In this document: one piece after another, positions 11,001-24,131 of the stretch
How the letters are laid out: each line of letters starts with the position of its first letter
Position numbering within the stretch: the first letter of the stretch is position 1
Assembly: GCA_040954595.2 (NCBI GenBank)
Contig: CM082584.2
Location: forward strand, 3,848,110-3,912,109
Direction of reading: 5' to 3'
Length of the DNA stretch: 64,000 nt
Origin: Balanoglossus misakiensis
Lineage: Eukaryota > Animalia > Hemichordata
Program-made: the position numbers and the translations under genes
Notes under the pieces: generated by a model
The model's input: only the letters and a program-made list of their open reading frames with translations
Database searches by the model: none
What the model was told of the DNA's origin: nothing

Positions 11001-14000
11001 TTTATTTCAACATACATGTGTAGCTTTTGAAATGGTACTAGCCGATGGTAGCTGTGTTAAATGCACCAAGGTAAGTGCTGACTTGTGTCAATCAGCTTGG
11101 AGATTGAGATATAAAGGCTACATGTAAGGGAATATGTTTATACATGTAGTTATAGTTGTTTATAGTTTAAAACCTCTGAATTTGTAACAGGGGGTCAATA
11201 AAATATGCAACTCAAACAAAAGTTCAAAAACTCAGCTTCCAGAAGATGTATGGTTTATAGGGGTTTTAACTTTGTCTTTGATGAGAAATAGGCCTCTGAA
11301 AAAGTCTTTACTGTTTTTCGTATTATTTTGCTTCCTGGCAAGGCATTAAGTGTATGTATTTGAAATTGATCAACATGAGACCAGATATACCAATGTAAGG
11401 TTAATCAAACATGACATGTATACATCATGAACGCTGACCAAATGAGATGCAAATGAGATGTCATTGATGCTTTTCGTGTCCAAAGTGTCTACAGTCTTAA
11501 GTTGATTGTCCTTTTGATACATATCAAGAATGACCAATGCTTAGTCACATAGGATAGATGAATTTTTAATATTTGCATGTTTAACTTATTTTGTTGCTAT
11601 AGCAGTTGAGTAGCAACAGTAAGTATACATGATACTATAGAGAGTGTGATGTAGTGTAGTGTAGTGTAGTGTGTTTTGATGTGGTGTGGTGTGTGGGGAG
11701 AGAACATGGCAAAGTACTTGTATTCATCATGATTTTTAGTCCCCAACTCTATAACAATACTGTTTTCACAAAAAATTATCCTTGTGGTTTGTAGGAGAAT
11801 ATTATCTCTAGTTAGGTCCCATCTGGTATATACCAGGGGGACTTTATGGAATCAGTGGTGTCTGTCTGTCCGTCTGTCTGTCTGTCTGTATGTCTGTCTG
11901 ACTGTCTGTATGTACGTATGTATGTATGTATGTATGTATGTATGTATGTATGTATGTATGTATGTATGTATGTATGTACATATGTATGTATGTGTGTGTG
12001 TGTATGTATGTATGTATGTATGTGTGTGTGTATGTATGTATGTATGTATGTATGTATGTATGTATGTATGTGTGTATGTATGTATGTATGTATGTATGTA
12101 TGTATGTATGTATGTATGTATGTATGTATGTTTCTTTGTTTGTTTGACCAATTGCAAGAAGGGACTTGTTGCTAAATGAATTATAAAAAACATAGAGCAC
12201 TTAGTGAAAGTATTTCTTGGACTCATTACAGGAGGAGAATCCAGATCTGTTCTATGCTGCACCTTGGTCTCATGGTACACTAGGATTTTTGGTCTCTGCA
12301 GAAATCAAAATTATTCCAGCCTACAAATTTGTGAAGATAGAATATACTCCAGTGCATAGCTTTGATGAGATTGTCAAAGTTTTCAGCGAGAAAGTGATGG
12401 CGAAACCTGGACACCAGTTTGTGGAGTGTTTAATGTACTCCGAAAATAAAGCGGTTGTCATGACAGCAAATCAGGCTACAAGTGCTGAACCTGACAAGGT
12501 AGGAAATTGATGATAATCTTAAGATAATCCAAGACATTCCAATGGACAATGCCTCAGGATAATCCTGTTCAGTTTGAATAATATCAAAATTACGTGTATT
12601 GGTGTAGCATTGCTATCAAATTGGGGAATGTGATGAATGATTCTTATCTGTGATGATTTCTTCATTTCTCTAAAGTCCACTGTCTACAATTTCTTACTTT
12701 CCCAATGTCACACTAATCTTGCAGTCTGTGAGTGAAAATTTCAGATATTTTATATTGTGATAATCATATACTTTTATCTGAATGCCAACATCATAAATAT
12801 ATGAACGTGCATGTTATCACTTGCTTATTTTGTGTAAAATTTGTCTTTCATATGTACCTATGGGTACACTAGTATGCACGTGTCTGTTTTAAAGTAAACT
12901 GTGTGTTTGTGAAACTGTCATAGAAATGCTATGCTGGCCGAATCTTTTACTGTCTCCGAGAAGCATGGCCCAAGATGGAATGATAAATTTGTAATAAATT
13001 TTCACACATGTTGTAGTAAATATACTGAACTGAAAGTTCCTTTAAATATCGCATGCAGGCTGAGTGAACAAAAAAATCACAGCAAGATTGTTTTTTAACT
13101 GAATGATCGTTTGTGTGGGGTTGTTGTTCATTGTTTTAGATAAACATCTATTGCCAAATGTTTCAGTCAAGTTCCAAACCAGCTTTGTATCAATTCAATT
13201 ATTCATAGGGACATCAATAGCTGTAATGACTGCAGCAGCTACTACTTGGTTGCTGATGTTGTTTGCACCCCTCCCCCCCCCCCCCCCCACAAATCCAGCC
13301 TCCCAGAGAAACTGACCAATCCCTAATATAGAGTCCTTCTTCTTCAACAGGTGAATTCTATCGGGAACTTTTGGAAGCCATGGTTTTTCAAGCATGTTGA
13401 ATCCTATCTGCAGACAAAAGGTGGCTTTGAGTATATTCCATTGCGTCATTATTACCATCGCCACACCAGAAGTATCTTTTGGGAATTACAGGTGAGACAA
13501 TCTCAACAAATTGATGATTGATATCTGATAAAATGTGAAACAGCTGAGATTTAAAGGGACAAAGTCTCTCTCTCTCTCGCTGCCCTTTTCCCATTAATTA
13601 TGTTTGATACAAGACACTGTTCATGTATTGTTATTCTACATGTGGATATATTGTGAATCAACGTTCAACCACACTCGCCTTCCATCCCGCTTGTAGACAC
13701 AAGAGTGAAAAAACTCGCCAAAATGAGTAATTGTATTCTACCATTTATTCATTTTGGGTGAGTTTTTACTCTCATATCATACAAGCAGGATGGAAGTTGT
13801 GTGTGGATGAACGTTCATTCACTACATAAACACATATACATTAACATAAACAATGTCTTGTATCAAACATGATTAATGGAAAAGGGGCAGTGAGGGAGAG
13901 ACTTTGTCCCTTTAATGGTTCTTGAACTTTTATTCATGAATATTCCAAATGCTTTGCTAACTAGTACTTGTAACAGTTTTAATTACATTTTGTATATAAA

Positions 14001-16541
14001 AACAGAATTTAGACAACTAGATTACATGTACATACAGGTATCGGTGTAGTGGCACCAACCAAATTTATTCAGGCAGACAGGTACTTGACTGATGTGGCAT
14101 ATCACTTTAATGTAGTTTACCAACATGGTTACACCAACACCATAATATCTCGTGGGCCTATTTGAGGGACTTGTATAAGCCCTACTGAATAACACACACT
14201 TGGCAACCTAACGGGCCTGGGAGCCAGGATTCTAGGCACCCTGGAAATCAAACCAGTTTCAACTGACTTGGCAGCGTTAGGGTTAAATCAAACGGAACTG
14301 TTCAAATTAAAGTCTGATATCTGTCAGTTTAAATGCTGACACTAGTGGGCGCTATTGCTCATAAAACCTCAAAGTCCCATCTTTATGCAGCTACAATCGG
14401 TTACAAAATGCAATAAAGGTACACTTATTCTGTTTTTCAGGACATCATACCCTTTGGTAACAACCCTGTCTTCAGATACCTGTGTGGCTGGATGGTTCCT
14501 CCGAAGATCTCACTTTTGAAGTTAACCCAAGGTGAAACTGTTCGACAACTGTATGAGAAACATCATGTAATACAGGATATGTTGGTTCCATTGACACGAC
14601 TTGGAGATTCTCTCAAATGCTTCCATCAACAGCTGAAAGTGAGTAGTTATGGAATTTATAATACATGTAGTATCAGTCAAAATATTGCTAATGAACATTA
14701 GGATCAAAGTGAGTATTTGAAAATTCAGACAGTGTATTAAAGGGACAAAGTCTCCCTCTCGCTGCCCTTTTTCCATTAATTATATTTGATACAAGACACT
14801 GTTTATGTTATTCTACATGTGGATATATGGTGAATCAACGTTCCACCACACACAACTTCCATTCCACTTATAGACCAGAGAGTGAAAAACTCTCCAAAAT
14901 GAATAATCCATCTCTACTGTTTATTCATATTGGCGAGATTTTTACTCTCATATCCTACAAACGGGATGGAAGTTGTGTGTGGTCAGCGTTGATTCACTAT
15001 ACATTGTATAGTCACAGAGAGTAGAATAACATAAATTGTATCTTGTATCAAATATAATTAATGGTAAAAGGGCAGCGAGAGAGAGACTTTGTCCCTTTAA
15101 AATCTGATTGCACTGAAATTGATCAATGTTTGTTTGTTTTTATGTCTGAATTACTATCCAGTTGTATCCACTTTGGCTGTGCCCTATGTTGTTGCCCAAT
15201 GTTCCTGGTATGGTTCATCCATCCGGGGATCAGGATGAAATGTTTGTAGATATTGGTGCATACGGAGAACCCAAACAGCCTGGCTTTGTTGCCAAGCCAA
15301 CAGTGAGAAATATCGAAGAGTTTGTACGAAGTGTTCAAGGGTAAGTAACACACTACCGTTTTACAGATTCATGTTGCTAGGCAATGGCCTTTATGGCCTG
15401 GTGGTAGAGACAATGTTGACATCAGGCTTAATAAAAAAAAATATGTGCTGTTACAATTACCTGGTTTTCAAAAATAGGGTAGGTAGGTAGAGAAATTTTC
15501 TAATTTTGCAATTTTGGTGCTTTGCTGTCAAATTGCCTAAGAGAGTGCCGATGTCGCTAATTTAGACAAAGAAAGCATGAACGACTGCTGTCAGTCTAGA
15601 AAAGAGTCTGTCTGTTTTCTGTCTGGGTCCAATTTTATTTGCCTGTCCATCCCTCAACAGTAAAGGCATATCTAGAACACACTGCAACCCATTAGTGCAA
15701 GTGAACAGTTACACTGACACTGATCATTCAAGTTTTTCACACAGATTTTATTAGAACCCCTTTACTAGCAAGATAATGGTTCACTTTAAGACTTCAATTT
15801 TCGAGGTGCATTATTACTACCGTAATCATTTCACCCAAGTTCCCTCTTTAGAGGTCCAACATTACCATAGTAAACAATGGGTTTGGACTCAAGTATGTGC
15901 TCCGCGCTCGGGATGTTCGATGGGTATGCTCTGGGTAGATGTTTACCACAAGATTGGTGGGACTGGGGGCATTGTCTAGCCTGTGACAGTGATAGGCTGA
16001 TTTCATGACATTATAAGATTTGCATGTTATATAGATATGTTGTTATGAACAGTCATGTTGCTATTGATGACATTGTTTAGAAACTACATGCGAATTGACC
16101 TTAGTACAAAGAATTGCATTTCTGTAATATGTGAAAGTGGTTAAGAGAGATTTGGGGTAAAAAGTCAATTTATAAACTCTGTGACTATAGTAGACATCAG
16201 ATTAGTTTTCTTTACAAAAATAACACCCAAAATTTCGGAAAATTCCCAAAACAGAAGAAATCACTATGGAATTAATCAAGTTGAATTTTTATACACAAAT
16301 TGATGTATAAATGTAAAATGGTACATCATTTATTGGTATGTGCTTAATATTTTCAATACTTTTTATCTTTTATTTTTATTTCTATAGTTTTCAAATGCTG
16401 TATGCTGATTGCTATATGACAAGAGAAGAGTTCAGGGAGATGTTTGACCATAGTGTGTATGACAAACTCCGAAACCAACTTGACTGTACCAAGGCATTTC
16501 CTGAGGTGTACGACAAGATATGTAAAGCTGCAAGACACTGA
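5056..16541 (+). CDS. DHCR24: Delta(24)-sterol reductase (24-dehydrocholesterol reductase)
   Basis: Exons 5056-5292, 5891-6152, 10952-11070, 12232-12498, 13351-13491, 14441-14638, 15162-15340, 16388-16541 join in frame. Motifs [64 protein letters not shown]-terminal [15 protein letters not shown]. Confidence 0.97.
6424..6965 (-). mobile_element. Degenerate Crypton-like non-autonomous element (hairpin at left end)
   Basis: GTTATTGCAA (6426) / TTGCAATAAC (6487) inverted pair. The adjacent TTATACCA (6501) is complementary to distal TGGTATAA (6952). Confidence 0.4.
8298..10279 (+). mobile_element. Crypton-type tyrosine-recombinase DNA transposon, apparently full length, in DHCR24 intron 2
   Basis: Ends defined by the interrupted MITE (GTTGAAA|TTATAACACACCA...CATCATGTGTATA|CTGG). 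Single YR ORF, ~190-bp terminal hairpin at 10091-10276, no RT/RNase H. Confidence 0.88.
8591..9922 (+). CDS. Tyrosine recombinase of Crypton type (DUF3504 / ZMYM-KCTD1-QRICH1-related), 443 aa
   Basis: Uninterrupted ORF. Catalytic set recognisable: R (CNRGRENLR), K (TKNH), HxxR (YTNHCLRAT), H (SGHKS), Y (SIRSYS). Also RRTDGQLY and CPV..FELY motifs typical of this family. Confidence 0.9.
   Translation: MSAATSASTIDAVKTLPRFVDVSEEDLASIVSGKDAKRTKTIMKGAVSILENYCATIGTTLAIVERNRIELCLLLRTFYASVRRTDGQLYAKKSMMSIRYGLQRHFQKVSDIDIINDKEFKSANEIFSAMIVKLKAEGKAVVQHKQPIAREDMEKIMSSTALDQTTPRGLQNKVFIDIMIYMCNRGRENLRDMEKTHFSVQTDSKGLKYVSFSRDMLTKNHRGVEDSEATQQGRMYETQDKSTCPVTSFELYLERLNPQCTSFWQKPKKWFQIVESDGSTVIGYDNVPVGKNTLGNKLKTISKEANCSRVYTNHCLRATTVTTLDSEGFEARHIMSVSGHKSETSIRSYSTVDEEKKREMSRVLSTRMQGDACPSTSSTNMEIQPLETPSSPILPNSQEDGILRELTNSPIFPLNILSQQQVKNNQRNANYKFEGCVVNIHNY
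11812..12145 (+). repeat. (TCTG)n/(TATG)n microsatellite preceded by a short inverted repeat; possible Helentron/DINE-like 5' end
   Basis: GTCCC-CTGGTATATACCAG-GGGAC hairpin, then ~280 bp of tetranucleotide repeat. Confidence 0.75.
13551..13915. mobile_element. Long-palindromic TTAA-flanked MITE (Kolobok-like), family A copy 1
   Basis: TTAA-AGGGACAAAGTCTCTCTC...GAGAGACTTTGTCCCT-TTAA, nearly fully self-complementary. Confidence 0.85.
14165..14286 (+). mobile_element. Fragment of the piggyBac-like MITE family
   Basis: Matches the 3' part of 36138-36450. Confidence 0.75.
14737..15100. mobile_element. MITE family A copy 2
   Basis: Same termini and internal sequence as 13551-13915. Confidence 0.85.
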
Positions 16542-19361
16542 TACAACTCGTGGTAGAACTAGAAGTTAGAACAAATTATTTTTACTTCTGATAAAAGTAT
16601 TCTTGATTTCCATAAATTATTGTTGTGATAATCATATGTATAACAATGTTACATTTTATGATTTGTTGCTATAGGAATTTAATTCTATATTTTACAACCT
16701 TATAAAGAGGGGCTTGGGCATTGCGCGCTTTTTATGTGAATCATTACTCTGTATGTCTCTAATGAGCAGTTTCTAATAACAAAGGCTGGGTGTGTGCCAT
16801 TTTTGGCAAATGTTATGTTGTAATTGTTGCATCTGTCAGTCCCCATGGACAAAGTCCAGTGGGCTAAAACTGTAATAGCAATAAGGCTTTGCTCTTCCAT
16901 TTAGAAATGCTTCGACCAGTTGCATTCAAACTTGTTGCAAGGACAATGTACTGTTAGGCTAATGTATTTCATGCTATGATCTGATATGTCCAACAGGCAG
17001 CCATATTGTGAGGATTGATTTTTTATTTGGGATAAGGACATACATGGTCATATCAATATGTCAGTGTAATCCAATATTGTCACCAGTTGGCCGTGTTTCT
17101 TATGATTAATTTATTTCCAGAGCCATTACTTAGACGTAATGAACCGGTTTCGCTTAAACTTGATACAAGGACTATGATGTACATGTACATACATGTACAT
17201 GTATATGCATCAGTTTGTGTTGTAATATGATCAAATATGGCCTCCAGGTGGCAAGTTTGTTGCAAATTGTTCTCAAACATTCCTTGACTGATTTCATTCC
17301 ACCATGATTTCTTCCTTATCTTTAAATTAAACGCTGATTATGTTATGGGCAATGACTTGTTATAACTTAGCATTTTTTTAACAGGTGACTTTTTAGATTA
17401 TCAGAAAGGGGGATTGTCTGGCGTCTGCTTTCCATCAACACTTGTCTTCTTTCTCTGAAACCATTGGTCCGATTACTTTAAAACTAAGCATGTAGGTTCC
17501 CAGGGGTTACCTAAGTATAGTGCGTTCAAATTTTTGTGAAATTTGCATATTTTTAATTTTGGGAAAAATTTTGCCATTTTGGTTTTTAAAAAATTTCTGA
17601 AACTGATTGTTCAGTTACTTTAAAATTTGGCCTGTGTATGATCTAAATCAGATTATTGTATTTTTACAAGATTTTGGGGTAAAGAAAGAATCTTTCAAAA
17701 ATGCATGTGTCTGTATTGTTTTGAACTTTGGTGTGAAGGTCTCTTGGGTGATCTACGTCTAATTTGTTGATGAATATGATAAACTTTGTGTTACTGTATT
17801 TTATTGCATCTCAAATTGTCGCTCGTTAAAAGTTTGACTTCGTATCTTCTCTGAATAATTTGGTAAATTGTGACAAAGTATGACTGGTGTTATTTGGATG
17901 GGAACCTTGCTTTTAGGAAACGTGAGACGCAAGAGTGTTTTATAATTTTTTTTAAATTAATTACTTTTAAAGTAATGCTTGGGTGGACATGTGTGCAAAT
18001 GGTAATGCCAGCAAATATGCGTAGCTGCATAGCAAAATCTAAATTATATTCTATTAAATATATAAATACCTAGTAATACCTAGTATCTACCCGGTATTGA
18101 AATATATGTTCAATTTGTCAGAGGGATTTATCCTTCAGTGTTTTGTGTCATGTGTACAGAAAGGGTACATCAAGCAACTCAAAGGAACACTTTCTTTTAT
18201 CATTCCACTGGCCTTAGAATTGGCCCACTTTAGATTGTCCAAGTTTTCCTCCGGCAATGGTTACAAAGTTGTTATCAATTCAAAATGTCTCCATGGTTAC
18301 AAAGTTGTTATCAATTCAAAATGTCTCCATGAATCATGACGTCCATCGAGTTCAGAGTTCTGGCTGGTTGGTTGAAAAATAAAAAAAAACTTTGTTTACA
18401 ACTACAAGATACAGAAACTCTTCTCATGTTGGACTGATATTTCATGTGTAATGCATTGATTTCAAATGGGGATTCCGATCAATCTTGCCATGTGGTGTGT
18501 ATACATATCACAAGTGATTATATATCTGTGTATCTCATCTGATCTTCAATTTTAATGTGAAATGAATTCAATAAATCAACTGAGAATCAGTAAAATATAT
18601 TGTTGTGTTTATTATTGGACAAGTATTCATAAAAACAATTTGCTATTTCTCTTTGAAAAGTCAAGGGAGATTTTTTTGTATACAGTAAATCATTTGTGTG
18701 ACAGCTGCTGGTTCACCTTGACATGACAGTTATCAGCACAGAATTGGCTGCAAAAAGATAATGACTTCTATACAGGTATATCGAAATTCTAATTAGTAAA
18801 TTGAACATGAATGATTTTAATGTACAAATCATGCAAAACTATTATTTAGCAGTACTGTGACAGATTGACAATATCAAAACTGTAAACACCTCATAACTTG
18901 GTGCAAAAAAACGTTGTTGTAAATAATTTGAACAGAATAAAGATGCAATAAACTCCCCATTTAAAATGAAATTACAAGAACATTTGACCATACACCACAC
19001 TTTTGTGAGGATCTATAAAACAATGTGGTCCCAGTAAACCCATACATTTCAATGCTTATCTTACTTTTACAGACACAACCAAACACATGCTGTCTATTAT
19101 GTGCAAACTGTACAATTGGTAAATACATAATCAGTAAATGTACAAAGATTTTGCTATATCTTGATCAAGTAACCAAGCTTTGTCTGCAAAGTTCATTGTA
19201 GCTGCTACACAATCTTCAAACAATGCACCAACAGTGTGCCCTCTAAGCCCGTGTGATGCACCACTGACTCAACAAACTCACTGGTGACTCCATTGACAGT
19301 TAATGTTCCACTGACCAAATCTCCAAAATCTTGAGACATATCAGAAGCAATATCCCAGAAT

Positions 19362-22300
19362 TTAACAGGTCCATTTTTGAAAAAGATCCTCGTCCTTTTT
19401 ATTTGCAAATCTAGGAGCAAATCCAATTCTTTTGATTTCTGAGAAACCTTCAGACAAGTCTGGTTCTTCAAAGTTTTTCTTGAAAATGTTGAATGCCACA
19501 TCGGGTACTCGTCGCATTGCGCCACCACTTTGATTTTGACGGAACATGTTCATGTGTTGTGCCAAATCTCGCGGTGTGTCCAGCCAAAAGCAACGCACTG
19601 ATAAACCTGTCAAAACACAAAGAAGCAGAGCTACATGTACTTAAAAAGACACAAAGAGAACGCACTGTATGCCACTGTGCTTGACCTCAGGAGCTCCTAA
19701 ATCTACCCTTCCTCCCACAATGAACTTTAACCCTTTCACCGCCATGGATCAGTCCAAACCCATTGTTTTCTATGGTAAGGTTGGACCTCTAAAGAGGGAA
19801 CTGGGGTCGAAAGGGGTAAACATGACAAGTCTGAACCATTGAGTTTCTAGGGCAGCAGTCATCACTTATAAGGCAAATGCTGTGGCAGACCCAAACCCAA
19901 AATGTGATCTCAAGTATAATGGGTTTGTGATGACAGAAACACTGTTTGCTATTTGAAGCTATTCTGAAATTCGTCGTTTCTGAAAATTCAAGACACACAA
20001 TGGGTGCACTTCAAAATACAGAACAATTATACATTGTATGTGTGTGTTTTGTGTGTTAGTTTATGAGTCTTTTTAAAACTACAGTCAAACCTATGTTAGT
20101 GGCCACCCCTATATAGTGGTTGTGCACCTCTATATAATGGCCATTTTGTTACAGTCCCTGAGCAATTCACATGTGCATTAATTAACCTCTATATAAAGGC
20201 CACCTGTCTATAAAGGCCAGTTTAGGAAAGTCCCTTGACTGGCCACTATAGACATGGTTCGACTGTATACAGCTTAATTTCCATGTCATACCAGGGACAA
20301 TGATTCAGCGCACACTTCATACATACCATGCTTGTCTGCAATTCTGATATACTCCTGCCTGATGTACTTTGCTGGGTTGGTGTTATCTATGACAACACTG
20401 CGACCGGACTTGAGTGCCTCGTTTGCACCTTTCTGACATTTACTCTGTGTGCCCATTGTGTCTCTGTTGATCACTTCATAACCATTGGCTTGTAAGAAGG
20501 TCTTACAGAAAGTACTTTTCCCTGATGCTGGACTTCCTACCATGACAATCATCTCTTGTTTCTGTTGGAAATCATCAAATATGCTGCAATGGTGAATATT
20601 GTATTTACATCACTTGCTTTTGTGGCTGTTAATGTTTCTAAGACAGTCATTTTCAGACAAAAGAACTGAAATTACTGGTATTGAATCATGACAGAGTTTT
20701 TAACAATAGAAAGCCAGATGGTAATCTTCAAATATTTGGTTATAAAAATTAGGTCAGAAAACTTGAGCTATAAAGACACAATATGCAAAAGTGGAATAAA
20801 TGTTTGCTGCTGTCTAGTATCCAATACCTATCAGGGGTAGGATAGAAAGGGAAGTGGGGAATGGAAAACAGCCTATTGACAACCAAAAACTATAGTAATA
20901 GTTGACCGGAAAAATCCCCACAATTGACCACTGGATCCCACAGTTGACTCTGTGAAACATACAGTTGACTTCCAAAATGGCATCAAATGGCCATATGAGG
21001 GCGCTATCAGCAGAAACGTATCACAGCCCGTATAAACTACTTTTAAGTTAAAAATATTTGGCTAAAATTCGTCCCATCTAATGAGGATATGGTTCTGGAA
21101 TATCTGTCAAACTTCTTTCACAAATTCCATTCAATTTTGCTGATGGTGGAAAGGAAATGGAATTTGATGAAAATTAATCTGTAGGTAAAACTGTTGCACT
21201 CACACTGGAATGGTATGAAATATCAAGAGTCTTGTCTTTGCCTTTCTTCAACACCTGTTTGGGATTGACTGAGTGCCACTGAAATGGCGCCGGAGGTTCT
21301 TGAAGAAAATATTCTTCTGGAGTGTAGAAATCCAGAAGACAATTGGCGGCAAACATCCTGTCACTGCAGGAGAAGTCTCTCTTTTTCCCGGGCGCCCATT
21401 CCTTTGCTCGACCTGCTGCATCTCCGACATAATAGCTCGCTGAACGATCGACCTTGATGCCATGGTTACAGTTTTGTTCCATGTGATCAAACACTGCTGT
21501 GCTTGGCTTTCTGAACTGGTTCTGTCCAGTACACATGAATACCTGTTGATAGTCATGGAAAACAGTAAATTAAATCACAACCAGTAAAATTCATTAGGAA
21601 CATGTATAGTACTGCATGTTACCTGATTTGCTTTCAAGCAATATTTCTCACAAAACTCTCATATTTTCATAAAGCTGACTATCAGAAATTGGATATGCCT
21701 TTCAGCAGAAACCTTATTTTTGGACTTATAAAGGAATTCGACATAGAAAGCTTAATTGCCTAATGCTGAGCTAAATTATTTGCTCAGATTATTTTGAAGG
21801 AAGCAGTATTTTAATTCATGCGGCTTTATCAACATTATATTGTTAAAAAGACAATTTTGATGGACAGTCACTTTATCACTGAAATATGTTTCCTAAATAA
21901 AAACTGTCAGTATGGGACCATTGGCCAATTTGTTTCTGATTGTGAAATCTTGCTAAATTGCAAGATTTTTTCTTCAAAAAACCATATTTGCAACAGTTTA
22001 GACACATGTGTGATGGTGGATATTATTCTCCCTATAAGGTCTATATACTCAGAGTTCTCTTTGAATATGGCTAGGGATCAAGGGCTGCTAAATAATATTA
22101 TTGTAGGAAGTCTTCAAGCATACAGGTGCATGCATGCCCCAAATGTCTGGCTTTACAATTATGTCGAATTTGCAACTGCACAATATCTGTGTTGATCTCC
22201 TATATGTATTATATATTGTTATACAGATCATGTTTTTTCCATTTTTAGAATGCATCACCATCAACACATTATTAGCTGTGGCCAGGACAAAAACAAACAT

Positions 22301-23530
22301 AATCCATAAAAACAACAGTTGTACATGGAGATGCAGCTCTGCTGAGGTAGTGTATCGTTGCTTGTGCATGGCCAATTGGATGTGTGTAAGGTCACTGAGA
22401 GGTCACGTACGCTTAACACACACAACAACTCAACAGGTCTGCATCTCCATGGCAACTTGAAACCTTGCAACTAACCTGCACAGGAAAGCCCAACTCTTTT
22501 ATCATATGTTCACACTTTGAACAGATTTCCTTTGGTGCAACATGGTTCTTTTCGATGCCGGCTTGGTTGGTGAAGAACACAATCTTGTAACCTTCATCAT
22601 GAGCTTCTTTCAGTTTAATGGGGACTTCGTCAGACCACCACTTCCAATCTTTTGCACCTGTTTGTTATGTGATACATTTATTCATGTTACATTTATTAAA
22701 TATCTAGAAGTTTTTGTACAGGAGGTTGTGCATCACAGGTTCACAATGTTTATGATATGTGTATCAAATAAATATTTGGCTAGCGGCCATCATTTAGTTT
22801 TAGCGCAGGTTATTTTAGTCAGTGTTCATTCTTTTCTTTTTTGGGGGGGGGGGGCATGTGCCACACAGTGAAATTCTGTGATTGGTTAGATCTCAGTTTA
22901 CCATGGCAACTGTAGCTAAATTTGCATAAGTGACTGTATACAAAGCTACCAAATAATGCAGAAACCAGCAGGCATGGACCAGACTTCCCCTTTAATCAGA
23001 TTATTATACTGGTCTGTTTACGAGTGCCCGCAAATAAAGGAAACTGGGCCGAACTAGATGCTTTTGTTGACCACAGCCCCTAAATTACTACCGAGCTGTG
23101 CATGATGTGTGGATGTGTGTGACGCGCTCAGGTCAATGACCTTACACACACACCAAATAAACTGCCAGCACAGCTAACTTCCGGGTACGAAAAGTGGGCG
23201 GGGCAATTCTTTTACACCCACACCCAGAAAAATATTTGGCGCAGCCTTGCAGGTCGTACCTGTAGCAAACGTCCTTCCACTTTTTGTTGTTATCAGAGTG
23301 CTGTCGATATCAAATCCTGCAATTTTCTCTGATCCGGGTATACCGGTTCCATCAAGTTGAATGAGAGGGCCAAAATCGACTACGCCTTCATCAGTGAATA
23401 CAGGTGTCACTTTCTTTGAGGTTGGTTTATACCACGACCATGACGCCTCAAAATCGTCGAATGCAGGCACTCTTTTCTTTTTCTTCGCTTCGGTGGCTGC
23501 TGCAACGCGGCTGGATTTTCTTTTCGACAT
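19362..23530 (-). CDS. PNKP: Bifunctional polynucleotide 5'-kinase/3'-phosphatase
   Basis: Exons 23530-23260, 22657-22476, 21542-21204, 20561-20327, 19606-19362 join in frame. HAD motif FDIDSTLI, FTNQ, RKP, YVGDAAGR, DFSCSDRMFA; P-loop GSPASGKST; VIDNTNP; EEPDLSEGF. Confidence 0.95.
19727..19820. mobile_element. Short TTAACCC...GGGTTAA MITE; other copies or fragments near 15830, 31335, 34163-34580 (split), 35267-35358, 37437-37512
   Basis: Shared ~90-bp sequence with CCCTTTCACC / GGTGAAAGGG inverted ends. Confidence 0.7.
20080..20267. mobile_element. Tc1/mariner-type MITE
   Basis: TA-CAGTCAAACC...GGTTCGACTG-TA with internal GGCCAC subrepeats. Confidence 0.75.
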
Positions 23531-24049
23531 ATTCAAAGCCAGGTGCCAGGTGTTTTAAGGTTTCAAACAACTGATTGCAAGTTATAGAACTCAGTCGAGG
23601 TGTCTCTATTATATACACAAAACATATTGTACGACTGCTGCTATTTTTAGTAACATACATCATATTTGGCGAGAACGCATGCGCAGACACAATTGATCCG
23701 AGCAACAAGTCTTGACACATCCACTGATATCTGAGGTCATGCCCTCAGTAAAAGTTGTATCGACAGGATTTTTGACGGAAAGCGTGCTGTGACATGTTTA
23801 TTTCTAGGTCATCAGTGTATTGTGTTATGCACTAGGAAGCCAAATGTTTGACGTTCTCTCGTTGTTTGTTTACGATACACACATGGAGTAAATAATGCTT
23901 AATAGCTAAAAAAGTTGAGAATTGTTCGTTGTTTGATTTGACTCATGAAAATCTCAAATGGAAACCAGAACGACGTCACGCTTTCGAGTCCTATCGGCAC
24001 TATTAGCTCAGGGAATGGAGGAAATCATGGTTGTTGTTGTTGTTGTTGT

Positions 24050-24131
<82 letters not shown>

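Noticed and set aside
11784-12280. Several ORFs of MYVC/HTYI repeats
   Set aside because: Translation artefacts of the (TATG)n microsatellite.
13388-13594. Recurrent [13 protein letters not shown] peptides in several ORFs
   Set aside because: They are readings of the MITE family A terminal repeat, not a protein family.
17390-17800. Degenerate DINE/Helentron-like internal repeat sequence
   Set aside because: No definable termini; too decayed to annotate.
18257-18332. Perfect 36-bp tandem duplication (CRISPR-repeat length)
   Set aside because: Only two adjacent units, no spacer, eukaryotic context.
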